The notes: generated by a model not told the origin, from the sequence alone. DNA of 63,870 bases, filler included, from Basidiobolus ranarum (GCA_040143965.1; 29 parts of 29 records of this genome joined end to end with filler, not necessarily neighbours in it), one strand, 5' to 3'. Positions 39,784 to 52,885 are shown, counted from the whole stretch's first letter. A program made the numbers and translations.

Positions 39784-41028
39784 ATATTTTGATACCATCA
39801 ACCATATCTGGGCCTAAATCACCAGTGCTTATAGACAGCTTCTTGGAGTCTTTGATTGCAGAATATGATGGGTTATCAAACAGGGTTTAGATGGGTGATT
39901 TTATTTTGTAAGCTAACATTGTTTTATGTATTAGTGACACACCTGCCATTAGTAAATGTAGAGGTTTTCATGGACACAATGCACTATCTAGCTGTAGATT
40001 TTCCCAAATCAACACAGTTTACTCTACCTGGCTTATGCTTCACTACTCTGAAAATTCAAAACTGAACTTCATGATTTTACCATTGACAGCCCAGTCAGAT
40101 TTCATGATATTCACAGATATAAACTCACCTGATAGTAACTCCAACAACAAACTTGGGATTAGCCATAGGCCTATTAGCATATTACTAAAGGTGATCAGCT
40201 AATGCCAGAGCTTCCCATTAGGCACTATGCACTTATCATTCAATAACACTATCATATTTCTTACTCAGTGAGGTAGTGGAGAATAAATGTGAATGATTCA
40301 TTCAAAATAGGATCAAAGCTTGAATCAATTGGCAAAATGCATGAAAACATCAAGATACCAATGTATTTTACCAGGACTGCCTTTGATATCCACTCATCTA
40401 GGCATATATTCAAATGACAAGACTTGAAGTATTGGACTTGAGTATGTTTAAGTGGAATCTTAATAAGATTTCTGCCTAATCAATATTGGCAACATTACAA
40501 CTTATTTGTGAAAATTGTTGATATGTTCTTGTGGCATCAGCTCACCTGGGCAAATCTCAGGCAAATACAGCAACTGAGCAAAGATGTTGCAATTGGATAT
40601 GAGAAACTGCATACCAGGTTTGAAGGCAATATTTTGAATCTATACCAGTATTCAATATATTCCCTGTGGCATCTTTCACAATGCTTAGAGGTTATATGCC
40701 CTTGCTATACATTCTCAGTGTTCCCAATAACTGTGGTCAAATGAAGCTTGAAGTGAAAGTGTTAGTATTCCCATATGCTAATTTGATCAACAATGTAGCA
40801 GCAAAATCAGTGATGGATGCAAGGCAATGGGTTCAGGAGACTCCTGACTATATTAACCTTCCAACAAGGGGTTTTTTACAATGTGCTCACCAGTTTGTGC
40901 ACTGCTTGAGCAAAATAATAGCAACAAAGCACAATCCATGGACACAGAGTAATTACCTTTATAATTTAGACTATTTCATGATAAATGTGTTTAGCAATTT
41001 GGAAGTGTCAGGTGAAGAGTCTAATTTG
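39784..41028 (+). mobile_element. CACTA/En-Spm transposase pseudogene, second copy
   Basis: Colinear with 9784-10795 (ISGPKSPVLIDSFLE, GHNALS, GTMHL). Cut at 41029 by a copia LTR. Confidence 0.85.
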
Positions 41029-41885
41029 TGTATTAGACACTAAGGCTTTATTCAATTGAATATGTCCTATTTACAGTTTACTGTGCAATAGGACTATTGG
41101 ATGTGCTTAGATTGTAGCAAACATGCCTGTTAAGCATGGGTGTAAACTTCAGATGATTTGGAGAAGTTTTGAGAAAATAGTGAAATCAGGTCAAAGTGAT
41201 CTATTTGATATTTCTATCAATTAGAGCAATAATCACACATTTTTGATTGATGGAATTGAGTGCTAATTAATCAGAATACAAATAAACTAACTACTAAATA
41301 ATGAGTTGCTCTTTACCTAATTCCAACATTCCCTCTCAACTAATTATTTTGTATTTCTCTTAAACCTAACTTATATCTTAATAATTCAAATTGTGCCTTA
41401 GCTAAAGGTTTGGTAAGATATCTGCTATCATTTCTTCAGTAGGGCAATAGACAAGTTCAATTATATCATTCTCTATTGCTTCTCTAACAAAATGATGCCT
41501 AATATCTATATGTTTTGTTCTAGCATGAAATGTAGGGTTTTTAGCTAATGAAATACAACTTTGATTATCTTCAAATACAGTAATAGCACGTTTTTGCATG
41601 TATCCTAAGTCTGTAAATAACTTCCTTAACCACATAGCTTCTTGTGTAGTAGCAGAGGCAGCCATATACTCTGCTTCTGTAGTGGAAAGTGCTACGGTTG
41701 GTTGCTTCTTACTATTCCAAGTTATGGCTCCATTACCATAGAGAAAAGTGTATCCAGTTGTTGATCTTCTATCATCAAGGTTTCTTCCCCAGTCTGCATC
41801 ACTGTAGCCTTCAAAATTTCGTGCATCAGGAGTGGCAGAGTATTCCAGAACTAGATCTACAGTTCCTCTCAAATACCTGAATATT
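41029..41885 (-). mobile_element. Ty1/copia RNase H, PPT and 3' LTR (41029-41328)
   Basis: GYSDADWG, RRSTTGY, KKQPTVALSTTEAEY, RTKHIDIRHHF; PPT GAGAGGGAA then TGTTGG...ATACA. Confidence 0.95.
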
Positions 41886-43767
41886 NNNNNNNNNNNNNNN
41901 NNNNNNNNNNNNNNNNNNNNNNNNNNNNNTTAATTAATTAANNNNNNNNNNNNNNNNNNNNNNNNNNNNNNNNNNNNNNNNNNNNCAAAACTTGCTCCAA
42001 AATATGTTTGCTTTAAGCACTTGATCTATCATTCCATAGCAGCTTTTCTTTTCCGTAGATTTTCCTTATTACGATCTGGAACTAGGGTTAGTAAATATTA
42101 TGGCTAATCATCTTCCGCTTGTCAACAAGCTTTTGATGAAATGTTCTTGGAATATAATTGCCCGATTAAATAACATATTAAGTAATGCACCATGATCATG
42201 AAGTTAGGACTTTTTAGGTGGTTTAATATCCGTGATGTAAATATAGCCGTACATATTGGGCTGACTTATCTATCATTCTATAAAGGGATGTATTGTGGAT
42301 CCATAACAGGGTGTAATGTGGAGGGCAATGAAAACATTTGTACAAGTTTCTGGATTGAATAGATAGCGCAGTAAACTCTGAAGTGCTAAATTTATTTCAA
42401 ATAATCTCCGAGTCTTACTTGTGAGTTTTTGGGAGGTATAGGAAATCATTTGAAGAACTAGACAATTATACGATTTTCATTTAATGATTAAGTAAAGGTA
42501 TAAAGCCTTGGCAATAACTTAGGGTTAGTAATTGTATTCATGACATGTTGAGAACTGTCAACTGTTGTAATTTAGTGTGTTGTCAACGTAATAATCAACA
42601 ATCTAATACTCGGTAGAACTTAGCAAAAGTCTTCATTAGATCTCATGCTAGAACTTGTACAAACTGGGCGGTAATTCTATTGATAACACGATCTGGTATA
42701 TTTACTAAATATTGAAATATTTGTTGAAATCTTTGTTACCCGTTGCTAGTTTTCCCATTTACCCACGGATATATACGCCAAAGCAAGTAGTCTATTCAAG
42801 ATCAGTCCTAGAATTAGAAGTGGGTGCTTTATCATCAGATCATTGGCTGTGGATTCGGAAATGAATGGTCCGAAATGTGACTTGCTTCATGATTTTGCTG
42901 ATATGATGTTTATATCAAAATACGATATGGCATGCACAATTATAATATTTCGATTTACAAATATACTATACTCTAACCACGTTAGTAATAATTCACCAGG
43001 TATCGTATGGCTGGTATAATGTTATTCTTACAGAGCTAATGGTATGTATTAGGGTCACGTAATAATTTTTGGATACATTACCTACTTTGGCTATCTGTCC
43101 CTGGTGTGCTTGTTCAGGGAAAGGTTTCTATAAAGTAAATAATAGCCATCAATAGTTATTTGCAACCTAAGATACTGTTTATACAGACTTCAATATGTGT
43201 TCGGGATACGGGCTAGGGCTAGACATCAGCCTATATTCATTGGGTTATGGTATTTCATGACAGAGATTGTGTGGCAAGCTCATAACACGGAAGCGTGGTT
43301 TACTTCAAATAAACTAAGTATTGCTGGTTGAATAGTTTCATAAATTGTGTATGATATCTAACTGTTGATCTAACCCTAACCCTATTTGGACTGACCCTAA
43401 ACGGAATCACTTTTCTGATTTGTGATCGTGATCAGAGAGGCACAAGGTTTTGATGTGAATGCTCTTTGTACCAGTTTGTTATTTAGGATCGATTCAACTT
43501 GATATTACGATATCTCCATGGTTGTCCGCAATTGATTGATGCTCAATATCATTGCTAATCTTAATACCTAACCACAATACTTTTATCAAACGACGACGCA
43601 TTAAAAGCATCTATCCATATCCCTAATTCTAACCCTTGAGATCAATCAAACCGGTGAAAGCTTCAAAGTGGATTTAACAGTTTAAATTTATTTAGCAATT
43701 AACATGGGTTTGGAAATTAAACGCACTTAACATTGTTGTAAGTGATATAATACAGTAAGCGTCTCAT

Positions 43768-44086
43768 CTAGTAGTCAATATTCTCAAAAGGATTCATGGT
43801 AAATGGAGCCTTATAGCCATTTGCTGGCTTCATGGGCAATGCCACACTACTGCGAAGCCCATTCTTAATCATGTTTTCGGTAGCAGGGATGATTGTGTTG
43901 TATTCAGATCCAGGGCCATATGGGATCATACATACGCGCTCTCCAACACAGTTGGGTTCGCTATAAAAGCAGTAAATAGCCTCAGTAGGCCAGTTAAGGG
44001 CAAAACCACCATTGTTCTCAACAGGGTCAATGTTGGCACACTGCTTAAACTCTGGATACATAATAGGGTAGCCACTGATGCCGCTA
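43768..44086 (-). CDS. Small cysteine-containing protein, 5'-truncated, function unknown
   Basis: Open to the contig end, GC-richer than its flanks, with four Cys including YCFYSEPNC-GE. Confidence 0.6.
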
Positions 44087-44186
44087 NNNNNNNNNNNNNN
44101 NNNNNNNNNNNNNNNNNNNNNNNNNNNNNNTTAATTAATTAANNNNNNNNNNNNNNNNNNNNNNNNNNNNNNNNNNNNNNNNNNNN

Positions 44187-44821
44187 ATAGAAGAGAAAAA
44201 TTCGTAATTTGCCAGTGCCACAGTGTCCACAAGGATATCATCACAAAATTCCACCACAAAGTATTTTTCCGCCTCACATTTGTTTAGCATATACTGATCC
44301 TTACTCTCAACTAAAATAGCACTAGCTCCTTTCGCTTCTGGATTCGAAGTCAATATGAGGGCTGCGCAATCAAAAGAAGCATAATTAAATCGTTCCTTGG
44401 ATAACTTGGCTGTCATCTCCGGAAAATATAAAGTTTGTTGGAACTTGTTCTCTCCGGGTGAAGGTATGGGAACCACTTTTTCTTCCTGCTTTTGTTGTTG
44501 ATATGGATATTTCAAATGTTCCTCATAAACCGGTGGCGGTTGTTCTCCACCTTCTCCTAACTCATCTCCCAAATATGACTCTGAAAATGAACTGGAACGC
44601 ATCCTAGGCCTAGCTCGTGGTGTGGAATCCAAAGTTTGCCCTTCTCTCTCTAGGGTTATTTTACGCCATTCATCAAAAGGCATCAAATGAGATTGGGGGA
44701 AAACCTGAGGATCTTGATTTTTCGGCGATGTGTAGAGTGATTTATGAGCCGCGATCTGGAAAGCGAACGTAAGGATATAGATACATGATATTGTTAAAGG
44801 TTTATTGTATTTTCGACCCAT
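44187..44821 (-). CDS. SLP1: SUN-domain protein Slp1/SUCO, 5' part
   Basis: N-terminal hydrophobic segment, MPFDEWRK, KERFNYASFDCAA, AILVESKDQYMLNKC, VVEFCDDILVDTVALANYEFFSS. Confidence 0.95.
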
Positions 44822-45584
44822 AGAATAAGAGATAACTAATTTCTACAAAGTAGAACAGAATCAAATGAAAAATCGTCACATTCATTACTTTATATCCATC
44901 CTCTCTCACCCCTCTTTTATCCTTTGAGATCATGATAATTTGACAAATTTCAATATTTGATGACCTTGATCCGGCTCCATGATTTAGATGTGAATATCGC
45001 TTGATTATCCCGAAAATAGTAACCATCAAAAGGCTTCAAACTCCCTGATAGACCAAGTGACTACTAGAGAGTTTGAAGTCTTACAATGACCCAAGTCGAC
45101 TAATGCTAGCACCATCCCTTTTCACAGCTTTGTGTGAAATAAAGATGGTTTGTAGTCATCAACTCCAAAGAGGATTGCGATTCCTATTTATAGTATGAAT
45201 ATTTTCCAAACCCAATGATTGAACAGGATCAACGAAGGTTTAAAACTTGTTTATGAATGCTAAGTTAATCAATTTGTTTAATTACAAAACGTGACTGGGG
45301 GTATGGTATATATATAGAGGAAACAAGATTTGAATTGCAATAAATGCATGTACACAATTGAACATTAAATTTAAAATTATCATAGGTAAAGGTCCATCAC
45401 TGCGAGAATATACGCAGTTACGATTCTTGGATTTGGGTTCCAGGTAAACGGCCATGTGTAATCACAAGTATGTAGGGAAGTATTTTACAAGAATTGTAAG
45501 TGGATTAGAGAAGTACGAATTTACACGAAAGTGTAGATTAAAGTGGGTGGTTTTGGATTGAGTGTAAACTACAAATGGTGTTGA

Positions 45585-46192
45585 TTATTGATCGGATAGC
45601 TTGCGACGTTTGCTGCTGGTCATGAAAGGGTCTTCATCAGCATCGCGGACAGGAGATGATGACAGGAGATCCTGCAACCCACCCAGCTGTGTAGGTTTAC
45701 AATCACTCGGAATGTTCGTATTAAGATCATGAGTGGACGATATAGGTGAACTATCCAATTCAACTGGCAAAGGTCTCTTCACTTTCTCAGACAAGGTCAT
45801 TGGATCAACAGCAGGGAGTATTTGGTCATTTTGGAGGGTTCCCTTTTTTCTCTCTCTATCCAATTCTCCTTGCATAGAAAGACGTTTAATTTTGGGAGGA
45901 TGGTTGAAACTCAAGTCTGCGCTTTGATGTGAGCTCTTCGAAAGAAGCTTGGCTGGAGTATTGGATAAGAGGCATTTAACAAAGGGAGAGGTCGGGGCAA
46001 TAGACATTGTCGTTCTAGTGGCATTGTTCCTTGATCGAATGGGGGTTGTGCTTGTTGTTTTGAGAGATTGACGAATATATGGCTTGGGTGAAAAAACATC
46101 TATTTTTTCAAGCTCACGGCGTTCACTATCTCTCATTAAACGAGCCGCAAGAGGGGGCTGTAACTCCAGTCGTTGTGCGAGACCACAGGGAC
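45585..46192 (-). CDS. C-terminal exon of an unidentified, probably nuclear protein
   Basis: About 200 open codons, S/T/P-rich with several SP/TP sites and a terminal KRRK NLS-like motif. Confidence 0.65.
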
Positions 46193-46287
46193 CTAACTTT
46201 ACCATTGTTGAGGGTGTAGCGACCGCAACCTTCATAAACGAAATGACCAACAGGACCCTTCATTTCAACGGTATCCCCAATCTTGAG
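46192..46287 (-). CDS. 32-codon fragment of an FAD-binding domain (nitrate reductase / cytochrome b5 reductase type)
   Basis: LKIGDTVEMKGPVGHFVYEGCGRYTLNNGKVR, in a different frame from the listed 221-aa ORF. Confidence 0.7.
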
Positions 46288-46387
46288 NNNNNNNNNNNNN
46301 NNNNNNNNNNNNNNNNNNNNNNNNNNNNNNNTTAATTAATTAANNNNNNNNNNNNNNNNNNNNNNNNNNNNNNNNNNNNNNNNNNNN

Positions 46388-46765
46388 ACGTTAATACAAT
46401 GGTAGGCTTTGATGGAGATATTGATACAAACTTGTGTTGGGTATGAAGAACTCTATAAAAATATTCAGGAGAATATATCAAAGAGATTAGGGATTTTGAA
46501 GGTGACAAATTAGCATTCAAGTGGTAATTGTGTAAAATTCAAGTTACATTTTTTGCACATGTGTTGATCCAGAGTTCTCTGAGATTGTAGCCAGTCATGT
46601 GCAACTATTGTACAAGATCCTGAAGTTTCACTCCTGAAACTGAAAAAATTGATTAAAATCAAATCTAACTTGACAATTTTATGATGAAAAGTAAACAGTC
46701 AATCTCAAATGGATTCAAATTGTGATGGTTTTCCTACAATACCAATCCTAAAATTTCTGTTGGGG
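46388..46765 (+). mobile_element. CACTA-like left arm and terminus (CTGTTGGGG)
   Basis: Colinear with 39082-39475. Confidence 0.75.
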
Positions 46766-48487
46766 ACATTGCCTTTTCCCATAATTTTGATTCTGGACAT
46801 TCCAGAGCTTGATCTAGAGTCTGTGTCTTGTTACAGAATGCTGTATAAGCATATACAACATCTTTGGAATTGTTCCACCAGTTTCCTGGCTTTTTTCTCC
46901 TTCTGGATGATCTTCTGGGTCCTGAATCAACCTCTGATGTAGTTGGGACTGGAATTTGGTTAAATAGGGCTCAGATACACCTGGAATTTCATCAGACACT
47001 GCTTGAAAAGAGCTGATTGTGTTTTCTGTAACAAGAACTGTGATTGGAGGTGCAAAATTTGCTTTTTCATCACAAATCACATCTTTGCACTTAATTAACT
47101 TCTGATTTTTGGTATCAAACAGTCTACAAGCCTTAGATCCATCAAAGTAACCAAGAAATATGCATTTTCTGCTTTTGGGATCTAATTTAGTGCATTTTTG
47201 AGCTGGAATTAGGCAATATGCTATGCAACCAATGATCCTGAGATGACCACACTTGGTTTGATCCATATAGGGCTTCAAATGGAGTAGAATTTTGTAGCAA
47301 TCTTGTTGGGCATCTGTTTTTGATATAGACTGCAGTGGCAACAGATTCAGCCCAATATTGGTATTCTAACTTTTGATCAGGTAACATTGATCTTGCCATC
47401 TCCACCATGGTCCTTTTAGCACATTCTGCAACTCCATTTTGCTGGAGTATAAGGGACTGTAGTTTGTTGCTTAATTCCATGTTTAGAACAAAAAATAGTA
47501 AAGTATTTTGAGCAGTTTTCACCACCATTATCACTCCTTAGTACCCTTTTTTTTGTGTTAACTCTTTCTCTACCATTGGTTTGTAGTGCTTGAACATAGC
47601 TAAGGTTTCAAATTTTGATTTAAGAAAGAATACCCATGTATATCTTGTTTTGTCATCAATAAAGGTTATAAAGTACCTTTTCCCACCTAGTGAGACATTT
47701 TTCATGGGCCCACATAGGTCAGAATGAATGAGGGCAAAATTCTGAGTGGATTGGATCTTGCCAGAGCTGGAAAATGGCTGTCTGTGATGCTTTTCATACA
47801 TGCAACCTTCACACAGATCCAATTTAGTGATATTTCCAATTTCTAAGCCTGAAAAAAGCTGATTTTGGATCATTTGGGTCAGTTTTATATCCCAATGTGG
47901 TCTAATCCTCTATGCCACATTTGATAGTTTTTTTCACCAGTTTTGGCCAAGCTTGCATGCTCAGAAGGCAATTTGTTGTTTGTAGCTTATATAAGTTTTG
48001 AGTTTTGATCCTAGTAGCTGATTTGGCATTATTTTGAACTATGATAGTGCATCCAGCCTTACTGAACATGAAATTTAGTCCTTGAGTTGTTGCTTGGCTT
48101 ACTGAGAGTGGATTCTTGGCTATATTAGGTACATAAAGTACATCAGTCAATTTTGCAGATGGTGTAGCTGAATATTGGTCTAAATGGAGTATAACTGTGC
48201 CTTTACCAACTGCATCTAGTGCATAGTCATCACCTCAGTAGACTTTCCTTGTTGGGATTGGTTTTAAGCTGGAAAACCAATTTTTCCTGTTTGACATATT
48301 CTGAGAAGCTCCTGAATCAATATGCCTGATTTCCGACTCTTCATTAGTGGTTACTGATAGGGCAGACACAAATAGATGATCCCTATCAGTGCTTACTTGA
48401 ATTGCTTGTTCCATTTTTAGCTTCTCAGCAAAAATCCTTTTTCTGCAATCTTTGATAATATGGCCTGGTTTCTTGCAATACTTGCAG
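46766..48487 (-). mobile_element. Ty1/copia gag knuckle-protease-integrase remnant
   Basis: CKYCKKPGHIIKDC, IDSGAS, DVLYVPNI, CEGC, IHSDLCGPM, QQNGVAE, KLDPKSRKCIFLGY. Confidence 0.95.
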
Positions 48488-48587
48488 NNNNNNNNNNNNN
48501 NNNNNNNNNNNNNNNNNNNNNNNNNNNNNNNTTAATTAATTAANNNNNNNNNNNNNNNNNNNNNNNNNNNNNNNNNNNNNNNNNNNN

Positions 48588-49719
48588 ATCAGCAATAGAC
48601 TATAGACCAAGCTCTGAAGTGTCCAGACTCAAAACTATGGGAAAAAGCAATACCTGTTGTGTTTTCTTCCCTTCAGAATACTTAAACATGGGTTTTAAGC
48701 CCTCTATCTTCATGGAGAAAACCTACTGGTTACAAATGGGTCTACAAAGGACTTGTTCTTAGTGATAGTGCCAGATTGTGCTGTATAAAGCATATTGAAT
48801 AGAGTATTGTAAAATTTATGCGGCACAATTTGGCACTATCTGGTACCCTCTGGCATGATCTATTTCAATCATATTTACTTTAATATTTTGAGCCCAGGTC
48901 TGATAGATCCTGACACAATGGAACAAGTCCAAAGTCAAGAACTAAGCTTGCAGAATTATCGAAAGGTAGAAACTATGATTAATCATAAGAGGTTTCTCCC
49001 AGACTCCAGAGTTGACTTGAATGAAACTTTTGCCCCAGCAGCTATATTTGGCTCCATTAGAGCAATCCTGGCACACTTTGCCATTGTTAAGCCTGATTTA
49101 CATCAAACAAATGTTAAAGCAACTTTCTGTTTGTTGGATCTGGAAGAATCAATCTTAATGAACAACCTGGTGGAATTGTTGACCCAACACACCCTGATGT
49201 AGTCTGCAAGCTGCAAAACTGCTATATGGACTCAAGTAGGCACCAAGTGCATGGTACAACAAGGTAGATACTTATTTGGAATCACTTGATTTTTGAAACC
49301 TCTAATCAGACAAAAAAAAGCTTATCAAACCAGTTTCAGATGATTGATATGGGTGAATGAAGTTATATCCTTATGATCTAATTCAACGGAGATAAATCAA
49401 ATCACAAAATCATGCTGGATTGGTCTAGCTACTTCCTAGCCATCCTAAAATACCTCAGTATGGAGAATAGCAAGCCTGTATTCACACCAATAGCTCCAAA
49501 TGCAAAATTCACAGCAATTTTATCTATTTGGCACAAAATAACTCAAATCAATACACAGAGTTCCCTTACTAGTCCATGACAGGTAGTTAAATGTATAAAA
49601 TGATGGCAATTTTTCAAGACATTGCTTTGGCAGCAGGAACTGTTGGCCTATACCTCAAAAATCCCGGATCTGAGCACAAAACAGCAGTAAGACAAATATT
49701 TAGGTATTTGAGAGAAACC
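48588..49719 (+). mobile_element. Ty1/copia RT remnant
   Basis: KWVYK|VK, ETFAP, HQTNVK, LYGLK*APSAWY, IFRYL; interrupted by a MITE. Confidence 0.88.
48749..48930. mobile_element. Complete 182-bp MITE, TIR GGACTTGTTC/GAACAAGTCC, 3-bp TSD AAA
   Basis: Perfect 10-bp TIR with AAA on both sides. Removing it plus one AAA restores the copia reading KWVYKVK. A second copy lies at 50787-50964. Confidence 0.9.
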
Positions 49720-50686
49720 AGACTTGTTCCATTTTATTGAGCCAGATCAGGCCAGCTAAAAAGTGTGCCAACAATAATTGGCATGATTGGGCACTCTCCG
49801 GCATGATGTTATTTACCATTTTGGGAACAGTGTATTTTAGTTATGTGGTATATTTAAGAAAAAAACTTTTAGACATTATTGCACATTCAAAAGATGATGA
49901 AAACTTTATTCATAGTGTTTTAAGTCTAGAGCTCTCAATGGATATCTTTGAGTATGGATGTATTGAGAATTAATCAAGATTTTGACTACTTTACCTAACT
50001 TTGATTGAGGCCCACAAAATGATTTTCCTCTATACTTTCCTGCTACAATGCTATATTGCTTTAGGAAACCAAAGCTATATTTAACTCTTGCTCTGAAATG
50101 GGAAAAAATGTCATTATAAAGCTTTTGCCTCACTGTGAGTATCCCTCCTCTGAGCCTCTTGTTAGCAGTGACACATCCTAGCCTTCTGCATTCTTTCCCA
50201 ACATATGCCAAATCAGCCATAGTCTTCTCATATCTTACAAATGGTGCATGTCTCTCAACCCAAAGCCTTTTGTCATGGTGTCTCCCTGGATGTGGCCCAC
50301 TTAACCAAATGATGTTTCCTTCCAAATCTGTCAAAGCCTGCAACTTTACACAGTGGGCTTTGTACCTGGCAGAATAGAATAACTTTTGGTTACTTTTGGG
50401 CCTGTTAATTCTCACTGGAAATGTGTCAAGAATACTTTGGATATGAACTATATTGGAAAATACTCCAGGAAATGGAAGGAAATTAGAGTCTCTAAAGCTT
50501 TTGTCCCAGGCATCTTCAACATCATTCATCACTGAAGCTAGATAATTCTTACTTACTTGAAGCCTGGTATGGAAGCTTCTCTCACTTTTGCTACCATTAA
50601 TAGTGCACTGAAATCTGATTGGACAATAGTTTTTGTAGCAACAAAACAAATTGCCTAGCTGCTTTCTGGTAGGTATTGGAGTATAT
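49720..50686 (-). mobile_element. PIF/Harbinger-superfamily (DDE_Tnp_4-type) transposase 49906-50649 with adjacent TIR, subfamily A
   Basis: ILDTFPVRINRP, FYSARYKAHCVKLQALTD, GPHPGRHHD, MADLAY, YNDIFSHFRARVKYSFGFLK (expected catalytic E appears as K). TIR AGACTTGTTCCAT at 49720. Confidence 0.88.
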
Positions 50687-50786
50687 NNNNNNNNNNNNNN
50701 NNNNNNNNNNNNNNNNNNNNNNNNNNNNNNTTAATTAATTAANNNNNNNNNNNNNNNNNNNNNNNNNNNNNNNNNNNNNNNNNNNN

Positions 50787-50964
50787 TTGTTCCCAGTGAT
50801 AGTGCCAGATTGTGCTGTATATATCATTTTGCAGAAAGATTTCTAAAATTTATTGACAACAACTTGGCACTATCCAGCACCCTCTAGTATGGTCAACTCC
50901 AATCACAATTGCTGGGATATATTTATGCTAGGTCTGATCAATCCTTGCAAAATGTAACAAGCCC
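50787..50964. mobile_element. Second MITE copy, left tip lost at contig start
   Basis: TTGTTCCCAGTGATAGTGCCAGATTGTGCTGTATA matches 48753 onward; degenerate right TIR GTAACAAGCCC. Confidence 0.8.
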
Positions 50965-51883
50965 TATATATGACAACTTTCATTTGATATATCAGTAAGT
51001 GAAACCACTTATTACTGTCATTGTTTCAGATTGCTACTGGTAGGCTCTCAAAGTACTAACAGGTTGTGAGCCCCAGGCTTGCGTACTTTGTATTGTGTAC
51101 TTCCCATACTTGCATTAATTTTTCCCCTTCTAATAACTGGATGTAACCAATTATCAGGTTTAAAAAATTGTAATAAGAATACTGTTGCAAGAGAAATAAC
51201 TTTGGAACAATATTGCAGGAGAAAAAAAATTCAAAAAATGGAGAATACTTAGTTAGTTGATTGGTTAGTTATTTCAGAAAGTATTGCCATTTACCATAGC
51301 TTATCAAGAGGAGCAATCTATCATCAAGATCTACTTCTTATTAGTAATGTATTAGATCTGGACCTCTATCTGGGCTATATTTAATACAATTTGATTGTAT
51401 GTCTTAGCAAATGCTCAGTTGTCATATCAAATCTCAGCAACAGTCTATTTTGTTGGAGTTGACTATCTAGTCATGTTTGTTTTCTCCATATTGATGCATC
51501 TAACTATTTTGCATATCACACTTAAGTAACTTAATCTAACTATTTTGCCTATGACATTTAAGTAAGATATCATTATTTAGTCAAATGGCACTTGGCTGAA
51601 AATTGGAGTATCTATCTTATATACATGTGAATAATCTCAAAATTAGCAATTTTGTATTGGTATTATCAGTTTTTTACTGGAAATTTCAAACTTGTCCACA
51701 TTAATACAAAGATAGATCAACTTACTTCCACAGATGTCCTGAATACAACCCCAGTTTCAGTTCTCTGGATTCCAACCAAAAAGTCTAAGTGCTTCATATC
51801 TGGTCAATAAATAATAATCTGACATGTCATTCATAGACAAAAGTGTTTTGGGGATCTGGAATGTTTTGGACAAGATTTGGATA

Positions 51884-52184
51884 TGTCAATTAGACACTTG
51901 AGTTTTATTGTATTGAATAGGTCTTATTTATAGTTTACTATGAAGTAGAACTATTGGTTGGCCTTAGAGCATAGTAAACATGCCTGTTAAGCCTGGGTGA
52001 AAGTTTGACATGACTTGGAGAAGATTTGAGAAAATAGTGAAAATTGGTAAAAGTGATCTAATTGATATTTCTAACAATTAGAGCAATAAAAACATATATT
52101 TGAATGGCAGAATCAAATACCATATAATCAGAAGATGAATAAACCAACTACTAAATAGTGAGTTGCTATTTATCTAATTTCGAC
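51884..52184 (-). mobile_element. Copia LTR copy (probable solo LTR)
   Basis: TG...CA ends; homologous to 41029-41328 and 23390-23675. No clear TSD. Confidence 0.75.
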
Positions 52185-52214
52185 ACTCACAACTTGTTTT
52201 TTCTAAAGTTCCTC

Positions 52215-52885
52215 CTAACTGCCAATATTATTCCAATAAGTTATGAGTTCAAGATGCAAATCATCATGCACAACAAGGAGCATTGGGATGTGTTTGCAGG
52301 ACATGAAAAGGACCCTTCTGATCCTTCTGATCCTTCTTTACTAGAGTCTTACAGGAGGAGAGACAAGCAAATAGTCTGGTCCTCAGACAAAATTCTTAAA
52401 AATGAAAAGTCTAACAACTGAAAAAAAACTGGGAAACTTTATAGAACAATGATGTTATCATGACTCTTTGAAGTGGTTTTTAAGAAGAGTATTCAAACTT
52501 GACTACAGCATTGGTAGCAAAATTAGACAAATTAACTGTGGAATTTGTTGTTGTAAGACTACAAGATTAAGATGTTGGAAGCAAGCATTTGGAAATGGAA
52601 TCTAAGGAAGTGGCTCTTTTTGGAACTTGAAAATGTATGGGGACATGTGCTTCAGGAGCTAAGCAAAATAAAATGTATAAACCTAGCTTTATCAAGCCAA
52701 TCTCTGATCAAGCTAAGTCTGCCAGAACTGAAGATATGGAAAGGAAAATTTTGCATCAGAGTTTGGGTCATCCATGAGCTAAGAACACAAAAATATAATT
52801 GAAACAAGATGGTTCTGGAACTAGACTTATTAACTACGCAGGATCTTGAGCTATGTGCAGATTACCTATATGGTAGGCAACATTG
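52215..52885 (+). mobile_element. Highly decayed copia gag / gag-pre-integrase
   Basis: FKMQIIMHNKEHWDVFAG gag-like start. The 3' end resembles 4433-4520. Confidence 0.6.
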
